Part shown: positions 52,876-58,842 of the stretch, piece after piece
Numbering within the stretch: position 1 is the first letter of the stretch
How the letters are laid out: the number at the start of each line of letters is the position of its first letter
IMG/VR virus record: IMGVR_UViG_3300044701_002726
Reading direction: 5' to 3' (one strand)
Source of the DNA: an uncultured virus (IMG/VR IMGVR_UViG_3300044701_002726)
Taxonomy: Duplodnaviria; Heunggongvirae; Uroviricota; Caudoviricetes
Length of the DNA: 58,842 nucleotides
The notes under the pieces: model-generated
Database searches by the model: none
What the model was told of the DNA's origin: nothing
The model's input: the letters and a program-made list of their open reading frames with translations, nothing else
Program-made: the position numbers and the translations under genes

Positions 52876-52960
52876 CAGATACCTCCTACAATCAGAAAAC
52901 CAACAGAGAGAACCACAAAACCAGTCATAAGATTGGACAGCAGCGAGATTACGATATTCA

Positions 52961-53095
52961 TTAGATCAATCCTAAATTAAAGTAAACAACAGCAGCACCC
53001 AGAAGAATTCCAAGCACAGCACTCACGATCACAACAGCACCCATATCATTTTCTTTAGCGATAGCACGACGAGCAGCAAGACTTTTCATTTTCAT
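52961..53095 (-). CDS. Small membrane protein
   Basis: Start revised to MKMKSLAARR after TAAGGA. Confidence 0.5.
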   Translation of the reverse strand: MKMKSLAARRAIAKENDMGAVVIVSAVLGILLGAAVVYFNLGLI

Positions 53096-53102
53096 ATCCT
53101 TA

Positions 53103-53318
53103 TTAGAACAAAGTACCGAGGAAGAAGAAACCAGTTCCAATCGCAAACGCAGCAGCAATCAGAACAGTAATCAGAAACCCGATTCCCATTCCATCTAAAC
53201 TAAACATATCACCCCCAAGCATCTTGGTAATGAGGAAGGCAGGGAGCAAGAAGGGGATCATTGCAACCATCGCAACCATCTTAACCGCATAAGCACCAAG
53301 AGCAAGAATCGTTTTCAT
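53103..53318 (-). CDS. Hydrophobic membrane protein
   Basis: Start revised to MKTILAL after AAAGGA. Confidence 0.55.
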   Translation of the reverse strand: MKTILALGAYAVKMVAMVAMIPFLLPAFLITKMLGGDMFSLDGMGIGFLITVLIAAAFAIGTGFFFLGTLF

Positions 53319-53349
53319 AATGTTTCCTTTGTTGTTCATCATGTAAACC

Positions 53350-53455
53350 ATTGTAGTGGGGTTTTCGGCAATTGTCAAGCGGGGATGCCAATATTTTTGG
53401 ATCTTTTTGGTGAGTGAGTACTGACTAACATAGGGTTAGGTTAGTATTGACTAAC
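53350..53455 (-). promoter_or_regulatory. Early promoter TTGACA-N17-TACAAT with two upstream 20-bp palindrome variants
   Basis: GTGAGTGAGTACTGACTAAC at 53410-53429; variant at 53436-53455. Confidence 0.78.
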
Positions 53456-53659
53456 ATAGAACCCTAGTTCTTCGCCTACAGCCTCTCGCACAGCAGTATC
53501 GGATGCCTCAGCGTATCGATCATCAGCGGCAATGTCTTTCAGTATAGCCATGGTATCTTCTTCATCCAATCGATATTTTTTAGCAAAATCAATTAAACGA
53601 CCAATAACCTCATCACCAGCAGTGGTGAACATACCATAGGATTTAGGTTGCTTCTTCAT
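53441..53659 (-). CDS. Hypothetical protein
   Basis: YGMFT.AGD...EASDTAVREAV motif. Confidence 0.65.
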   Translation of the reverse strand: MKKQPKSYGMFTTAGDEVIGRLIDFAKKYRLDEEDTMAILKDIAADDRYAEASDTAVREAVGEELGFYVSQY

Positions 53660-53669
53660 TTTCTTTTCC

Positions 53670-53915
53670 TTAATCTAAATCAACCTGAATATCAATACCA
53701 CGGATCGTTCCAGCATAACCAACCATATTCATACCATGACGGCGGCGCATGGCGACCTGCATCAATGCATCCCAGACAGCAACACGCTGTTCCCGTTGAG
53801 GGAAACGATTACCCATAAGGTCTTTCACTTGGCAATCACCAATGAAAACCCCATTGATAATCGCCCGAAACTTTTGAGAATTCTTCAGACCATCAATTAC
53901 AATTTTCGTATTCAT
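53670..53915 (-). CDS. Hypothetical protein
   Basis: 81-aa ORF in early operon. Confidence 0.6.
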   Translation of the reverse strand: MNTKIVIDGLKNSQKFRAIINGVFIGDCQVKDLMGNRFPQREQRVAVWDALMQVAMRRRHGMNMVGYAGTIRGIDIQVDLD

Positions 53916-54025
53916 TTAATTAACCCAATGTTTTAACAGTATCGGCGCAGAAACCACCATATACGGCGAGGGAGAGAACCACAGCAAGAATAATAGAGAG
54001 CATAATCATTTTATTTTCCAATCAA

Positions 54026-54271
54026 TTAGTGAACATAACCAAGAGCATATTTACGGGTCTTTGGAACTCGTTTAGAAACTTTCACTTTTTTGTAATCGCA
54101 ATCAAGGAAGGTTTCAATCGCAAGCGCTATCGCAGCTTCTTTTTCTAATTCGGCGATTTTCTTTTCAATCTCAGCGAGGGAAGGACCAACACCTTTAGAA
54201 GATTTAAAGCTCTTCAGGACTTCGGACGCAGGCATAAACTTGTGCGTCTCAGAGAGAAACTTGTCTTTCAT
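54026..54271 (-). CDS. Hypothetical protein
   Basis: TAAGGA RBS, own promoter. Confidence 0.6.
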   Translation of the reverse strand: MKDKFLSETHKFMPASEVLKSFKSSKGVGPSLAEIEKKIAELEKEAAIALAIETFLDCDYKKVKVSKRVPKTRKYALGYVH

Positions 54272-54300
54272 TTAATTTCCTTATCAATCATCATGAAACC

Positions 54301-54397
54301 ATTGTATAAGGGGACGGCCGAATTGTCAAGCGTTTCGGCAATCTTTTTGGTTAGTATGCACTCACTTACATCAGATGGTTAGTGAGTACTCACTAAC
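54301..54397 (-). promoter_or_regulatory. Early promoter TTGACA-N17-TACAAT with two upstream 20-bp palindromes
   Basis: GTTAGTATGCACTCACTTAC (54350-54369); perfect GTTAGTGAGTACTCACTAAC (54378-54397). Confidence 0.82.
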
Positions 54398-54627
54398 TAG
54401 AACACAGGTGAGTCGGTACTAACACCATCGACTGATAGAATTTCACTATCATCTAGAAGAACCCGATAGACCGGTTCACTTCGCCAAGGCAGGGTAATGC
54501 CTTCTTCTAGCTCTACTGTATACTGAACAGCACCACCATACTTGACTCGGGCATCAACCACTTTACCCGACCCAGTGGCACCCATGTAATTAAAATCAAC
54601 CTCACAACCTTCCAGAGTCCAGTTCAT
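54397..54627 (-). CDS. Hypothetical protein
   Basis: NWTLEG...RVKYGG.VQYTV. Confidence 0.62.
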   Translation of the reverse strand: MNWTLEGCEVDFNYMGATGSGKVVDARVKYGGAVQYTVELEEGITLPWRSEPVYRVLLDDSEILSVDGVSTDSPVF

Positions 54628-55028
54628 TATTGCTCCAATGTATAGGGTTTATTCCATTTACCAATATTGATATCGTAATAATATGCGGTATCAAAGTAAT
54701 CGGTCATAGCATCTGAATTATTATAGTATCCAGCACTCTTCAATGCATCAAAGGCTTCAGCCAGAAATTCTTTGGCCTTACCAGTAAAATGGTCTTGAAA
54801 CCAATAAGGATTTACATCGAGCGCACGATAACGCCGAACAAACGATTCATCTTGACATTTATTATCCGCAAGATAGTTCTCAATAAAATCAATACTACCA
54901 GATTTAACAGTCAGCACAATAGAAGAATGGTTACGGACGGACAGAGTGCCTTTCACACCATATTTTTTCAATACAGGTTTCAGTTTAGCAGCAATGACCG
55001 CTTTCTTTTCTTGATTCATATAAGCCAT
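54627..55028 (-). CDS. Conserved hypothetical protein
   Basis: MAYMNQEKK...YGVKGTLSVRNHS...YYNNSDAMTDYFD.AYY.DINIGKW.KPY. Confidence 0.72.
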   Translation of the reverse strand: MAYMNQEKKAVIAAKLKPVLKKYGVKGTLSVRNHSSIVLTVKSGSIDFIENYLADNKCQDESFVRRYRALDVNPYWFQDHFTGKAKEFLAEAFDALKSAGYYNNSDAMTDYFDTAYYYDINIGKWNKPYTLEQ

Positions 55029-55037
55029 GATATATCC

Positions 55038-55337
55038 TTAGAAATCGTTTAGTTCAGGTTGAAATTCAGCAATCAGTTCTCGTTCACGCTGATATGCAGC
55101 TTTGCGACCACGGATCACTTCGATTATACTATATTCTATCGTCTCAGCAGATTGGATCGCATTGCATAAGGACCAATCTTTGTTCTCTACTAGGGCACGG
55201 GACCGATGCTTCTGGACTCGCACCTTTACAGACCGCAGAAAAGCACGACCAACCGCAACGGTAAGACCAATATAAGACTGGCCATCCACGGATAGGTGGT
55301 ACAGAATATAATTGCGGTCGTTTCGTTTTTTACGCAT
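55038..55337 (-). CDS. GIY-YIG-like nuclease domain protein
   Basis: YILY...SYIGLT, RVQKH, ERELI...PELN. Confidence 0.65.
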   Translation of the reverse strand: MRKKRNDRNYILYHLSVDGQSYIGLTVAVGRAFLRSVKVRVQKHRSRALVENKDWSLCNAIQSAETIEYSIIEVIRGRKAAYQRERELIAEFQPELNDF

Positions 55338-55519
55338 TATTCGAATATCTTGTTAGGATCAATCGGGGGATTCCAATAGGGAGATTCTGTTACAGAATTA
55401 GCATACTCTATAATGTCTATAGAGCGTTGAGTTAATGGGAGATTCTCGTAATCTGATTTATAAGACAGATAACGGATCATGTCGAGCAGTTCTCGGTAGT
55501 CAGGTTTTTTCTTCATCAT
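55337..55519 (-). CDS. Hypothetical protein
   Basis: Directly below promoter (possibly leaderless). Confidence 0.5.
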   Translation of the reverse strand: MMKKKPDYRELLDMIRYLSYKSDYENLPLTQRSIDIIEYANSVTESPYWNPPIDPNKIFE

Positions 55520-55526
55520 GTAGGCT

Positions 55527-55576
55527 ATTATACACGCTTTTCGGCAATTGTCAAGCGTCTCGGTAAGTCATTGATT
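55527..55576 (-). promoter_or_regulatory. Early promoter TTGACA-N16-TATAAT with upstream IHF-consensus site
   Basis: AATCAAtgacTTA (55564-55576) matches WATCAANNNNTTR. Confidence 0.7.
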
Positions 55577-55588
55577 TTATTGGGGATT

Positions 55589-55870
55589 TTACCAGTTCTC
55601 GCCTCTGTCGTACCCTTCTGGAAGGTCTGGAAAGTCTGGAATCTGTATGGCGTAGTCTTCAGAGGGTCTTGGCAACCCCTCAGATAATCGCATATTCGCA
55701 AGCCCCTCTGGCGTTCTCTTATACTCTTGAGATACCTGGCGCATATTATCTCTCATTCTATCTGAAGCCTCCCTGTCCATATTGGCATGGGATTGACAGC
55801 AATATACGCCCCTTTTGCGATGTTTTACGCTACACACCGGGCATACCTTTTCTCTATACATATTCGGCAT
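55589..55870 (-). CDS. Zinc-finger hypothetical protein
   Basis: CPVC..KHRKRG.YCCQSH. Confidence 0.62.
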   Translation of the reverse strand: MPNMYREKVCPVCSVKHRKRGVYCCQSHANMDREASDRMRDNMRQVSQEYKRTPEGLANMRLSEGLPRPSEDYAIQIPDFPDLPEGYDRGENW

Positions 55871-55875
55871 GGTTT

Positions 55876-56085
55876 TTACTCTTTTCTGCCTAATTCACTT
55901 ACTACCCTATTATAATCTTCTCTGCTATTATCTACGGGTACTTCTATATTATTCTTTATACTCTTATAGATGGGATATAATAGTTTATTGGTGATTGTTC
56001 TACTAAACTGTTCTAGAGCTATATTGGCATCAGTACCCTTTTCTATAGAGAGCAGGGTATTTCTGATTTCCTTATCAAAATTCAC
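55876..56085 (-). CDS. Hypothetical protein
   Basis: 69-aa ORF in operon. Confidence 0.5.
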   Translation of the reverse strand: MNFDKEIRNTLLSIEKGTDANIALEQFSRTITNKLLYPIYKSIKNNIEVPVDNSREDYNRVVSELGRKE

Positions 56086-56096
56086 TACGGGGAAGG

Positions 56097-57053
56097 TTAC
56101 AGCTTTGCGGGATTATGACCTACAACACGAGCATGCCATACTGTTATATGACCATGTTCTGGGTGATTCATTACTGTTGGTTGATGGTGTATCTCCATGT
56201 CCATTCCACGATGTAGCAATATCTCATTCTCACTCTTATAATGTGCTATATTGCGTACTGAACCACCTGGTGTGCCTTTGGGTACACGGATTTTTAATAC
56301 ATGTCTGGTCTTACCTTTGGTGGACTTAGGTGCGTCTTGATTCAAGGGTGTATGGTCTACTGCCTTCTTAGCACCATTCTCTGTAAATTGTAATGACTTA
56401 TCAAAATCTGTTGTGGTTGAGGTATACGCTGGAAAATGTACTTTGACGGGTTTATTAGTATTACCCTTGAAATGTTCTGTAGGGGGACGGGACAGGCCAG
56501 AGAATACATGGGTATCTTGTTTAATCTTGTGCTTGTCGAGTACTTTATCTACCCTCTGTATATGTTCATGAGCATTATACTGATTACCTGATGGGGAATA
56601 TGCAATTCCTAGTTCACCACGAAAGTCTTTATAATCTCTTGGATGTTCGCCTGTCTGATGATGGCGAAAGAGGGATCGATTAATGTCTGTAGAATCGTAG
56701 GTATAATCACGAATACCCTTGTCCTGATCTTCTATCGGATGCGCTGCATGTATTTTCTCTTCATTACCATACCCATGAGGTTTGATCTGCTGCATCCCTT
56801 GGGTAGGAGGACTCTCAGTGGCTTCCTTATGTATTGCTGAAGACAGTATGGGTTCAGCATGGAATTTAGTGGTAGCGTCAGGCTTGGTTTGCTGCTTAGG
56901 TTGCGAGTGCGAACCATATACAGCCTGAGCACCTGGGAGTTTTTCTTTAGATTGTTTCTGTTTCTGAGGCTGAGAATGAGAACCATAGACTGCCATCATG
57001 CCTGGCAGTTTTTGATTCTCTTGCTCTATAAGGAAAGATTTAAATGATTTCAT
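56097..57053 (-). CDS. ADP-ribosyltransferase (Alt/VIP2-like) with capsid-targeting N-terminus
   Basis: YT..S..IN..L, YTSTT, VLKIRVPKG, ENEILL.RG; MKSFKSFLIE start; late CATAAATA at 57061-57068. Confidence 0.75.
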   Translation of the reverse strand: MKSFKSFLIEQENQKLPGMMAVYGSHSQPQKQKQSKEKLPGAQAVYGSHSQPKQQTKPDATTKFHAEPILSSAIHKEATESPPTQGMQQIKPHGYGNEEKIHAAHPIEDQDKGIRDYTYDSTDINRSLFRHHQTGEHPRDYKDFRGELGIAYSPSGNQYNAHEHIQRVDKVLDKHKIKQDTHVFSGLSRPPTEHFKGNTNKPVKVHFPAYTSTTTDFDKSLQFTENGAKKAVDHTPLNQDAPKSTKGKTRHVLKIRVPKGTPGGSVRNIAHYKSENEILLHRGMDMEIHHQPTVMNHPEHGHITVWHARVVGHNPAKL

Positions 57054-57099
57054 AATGGATTATTTATGCCAGAGGAGTTCCATGGCATGTAGGACTAGA

Positions 57100-57426
57100 T
57101 TATAGAATGGACGGGATCTCATTCGGGTTTGTTTTCTGATTTTCAATTGTTTTCCTTAAGTCTTTTAATGCATCAATGGCCAGTCTAGGATACTCACCAA
57201 GATATGTACCTGCCTCTAGTGTAGATTGATCTAGATATACCTTATGTGGATGGTTTATATTGTCGTAATTCTCTAGTATAAAGGATGCCAGGTTATCAAA
57301 GGTCGTATCTGATATAATTGGATCATCTTCTTTATAATAGGCATATGCAGCCATGATATAATACGGTACGGATAGGTTTATGGACTTACGCATATTCTTG
57401 TCCATATAGATTTCGTAGTCGTTCAT
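57100..57426 (-). CDS. Stand-alone protein resembling NAD-dependent DNA ligase N-terminal (Ia) domain
   Basis: AYAYYKEDDPIISDTTFDNL; start revised to MNDYEIY. Confidence 0.6.
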   Translation of the reverse strand: MNDYEIYMDKNMRKSINLSVPYYIMAAYAYYKEDDPIISDTTFDNLASFILENYDNINHPHKVYLDQSTLEAGTYLGEYPRLAIDALKDLRKTIENQKTNPNEIPSIL

Positions 57427-57499
57427 AGATATATTGACCCTAGAATATAGGTTAATATGGCACCGGCGGTTGCCCATGCCACATAGATCACGGTTTCTT

Positions 57500-57793
57500 T
57501 CATTCTACTCCGAAATGTTGTTGGATACACTTGACAGCATCTTCCATAGCATCATTGTAGCCCACATCCCAGTCCTCTACGAACGCTTCTACACCCATTG
57601 GGGTGTCTGCCAACTTCTTGCCTTCTAACACACGGACACATTCTCCGACGATCAACTCGGCGAACTTTTCAATGTCATCTTTCTGAAATTTTACACTGTG
57701 ACTCGTAATGAAATTACCATGATGATCCATTGTTAGGTCACGATTCCAGTGCCCGCCACTTTGCTTGATCAAGTCTTGGATGCGTTCGTTCAT
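57500..57793 (-). CDS. MNERI-family hypothetical protein
   Basis: MNERIQDL...EKFAELIVGEC...HFGVE. Confidence 0.7.
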   Translation of the reverse strand: MNERIQDLIKQSGGHWNRDLTMDHHGNFITSHSVKFQKDDIEKFAELIVGECVRVLEGKKLADTPMGVEAFVEDWDVGYNDAMEDAVKCIQQHFGVE

Positions 57794-57966
57794 TCTTTTG
57801 ACCTCATCAACTCAAACAAATCTCGTCCCAGTTTATTTTTGAATTCTTCCTCAGTCATATCCACAAGCACCTCTTTAGCCAGTTCCATGGGCAGTGCCAC
57901 GGTTATCAGCATTTCTGGCTCAAAGGTATCGGGATTCCGTTTTATGTGTCTGCTGATCAGTCTCAT
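57790..57966 (-). CDS. Hypothetical protein (58 aa)
   Basis: MRLISRHIKRNPDTFEPE...; ATGA overlaps at both ends. Confidence 0.55.
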   Translation of the reverse strand: MRLISRHIKRNPDTFEPEMLITVALPMELAKEVLVDMTEEEFKNKLGRDLFELMRSKE

Positions 57967-58133
57967 TCTCCATCTCCTAAGTGTTCTTTAGATACTTGCT
58001 CTTTGGACACTGATCGCACGATCACACCAGCATCCAGTTGTGCTTTCATGAAAGCCACCGCCTCTCGCCAAGACCCGAAAGTCTTGCTCGGGCAAGGCAC
58101 TGTTGATCCATAGTGTACAGTATATTGTTTCAT
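57963..58133 (-). CDS. Hypothetical protein (56 aa) with family-like C-terminus
   Basis: MKQYTVHYG...KEHLGDGE; ATGA overlaps. Confidence 0.55.
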   Translation of the reverse strand: MKQYTVHYGSTVPCPSKTFGSWREAVAFMKAQLDAGVIVRSVSKEQVSKEHLGDGE

Positions 58134-58330
58134 CTGTCAACTCCAAAATGTTCTTTCAAAACATAGTTCACTTGATATCCGCCCATCTCATTGTCGAATA
58201 AAACATCACAACATTCCCGAACAATCAACTCGGCGAACTTTTCTGTATCAAAGTAAGTGAAGCGGTTTAGACCCATAATGCCTGGTATAAGCCCAGCCTG
58301 TTCAGCAAGTTCTTGTATTCGTTCGTTCAT
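58130..58330 (-). CDS. MNERI-family hypothetical protein
   Basis: MNERIQELAEQA...EKFAELIVREC...KEHFGVDR. Confidence 0.7.
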   Translation of the reverse strand: MNERIQELAEQAGLIPGIMGLNRFTYFDTEKFAELIVRECCDVLFDNEMGGYQVNYVLKEHFGVDR

Positions 58331-58332
58331 TA

Positions 58333-58458
58333 TTCAACTCCAAACCACTTTCTAATCTTTTTAGCAAAATGACCACGAAGTATTTCATTGTCGAATACTA
58401 GAAAGATAGCAAATAAAAACACCAATAGGATTGTGCCAAAGAACATATCAAATATCAT
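58333..58458 (-). CDS. Small membrane protein ending in family motif WFGVE
   Basis: MIFDMFFGTILLVFLFAIFLVF...KWFGVE; preceded by an 18-codon MNERI stub starting at 58511. Confidence 0.45.
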
Positions 58459-58514
58459 AAAATATTCACCATTCGTTTATACATGTCAAGTTCTTTAATT
58501 CGTTCGTTCATTAT

Positions 58515-58730
58515 TCAACTCTTAATTTTATGATGCAGAAACCAATCCAACTGGCTAACTGCTTCATCGTGCCCATGCCATGCCAAATTATCCATACATT
58601 CCCGAACAATCAACTCGGCGAACTTTTCAGCAAATGCCTTGAGTTCAGTATTGTATGATATCTGTCGATTGATATCTTCTTCAGCCATAAACTTAGCCTG
58701 TTCAGCAAGTTCTCGAATTCGTTCGTTCAT
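58515..58730 (-). CDS. MNERI-family hypothetical protein
   Basis: MNERIRELAEQA...EKFAELIVREC; GGAG RBS (in-frame upstream ATG at 58799 also possible). Confidence 0.68.
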   Translation of the reverse strand: MNERIRELAEQAKFMAEEDINRQISYNTELKAFAEKFAELIVRECMDNLAWHGHDEAVSQLDWFLHHKIKS

Positions 58731-58842
58731 TCTTTCACTCCAAAAAATTGATTTACCTTCACCACTTGCAATAACATTCAAGGTCTGTCCAGTTTTCATT
58801 TCTCACCCGCTTCTCTTATATAATACTCTTTATCTGGACCAT

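Noticed and set aside
55038..55337. Intron-associated homing endonuclease
   Set aside because: Only 99 aa, no DNA-binding extension, and no interrupted host gene or intron core around it
1..58842. Stop-codon reassignment
   Set aside because: Core genes are full length in the standard code; TAA, TAG and TGA all end genes; no suppressor anticodon (CTA/TTA/TCA) was found

Overview
A 58.8-kb segment of a large AT-rich T4-like (Tevenvirinae-type) myophage. A betaproteobacterial host is likely, inferred from the tmRNA tag ANDERFALAA. Almost all genes are on the minus strand. Layout, left to right: (1) baseplate/tail module (gp7 partial, gp6, gp25, split gp5, hub, gp53, gp48; divergent gp4, gp2, tube-like protein, gp26, gp51, tape measure with SLT domain); (2) gp32-gp59-gp33 and accessory genes (SleB-like hydrolase, circularly permuted tmRNA, exonuclease, heme oxygenase, DenV-like, MazG-like, Gp88-like, ClpP, RNase H, HAD nucleotidase); (3) a late-promoter module of secreted/membrane proteins; (4) an ADP-heptose/glycosyltransferase island; (5) an array of 25 tRNA or tRNA-like genes (plus one outlier) covering all 20 amino acids, interleaved with many structured non-coding elements; (6) tail fibre genes; (7) an early region of small genes with near-consensus sigma70 promoters, two palindromic operator families, a nine-copy 11-mer repeat cluster, a capsid-targeted ADP-ribosyltransferase and a modular 'MNERI' gene array. 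The most striking unannotated element is a ribosome-dependent transcription attenuator heading the tRNA operon. Its 38-codon leader peptide uses 19 of the 20 amino acids and is followed by an rrn-type boxA. Together with tmRNA, an ArfA-like peptide and ClpP, this suggests a translation-stress-sensing rescue system. All calls come from reading the sequence and motifs by eye; no database searches were run.
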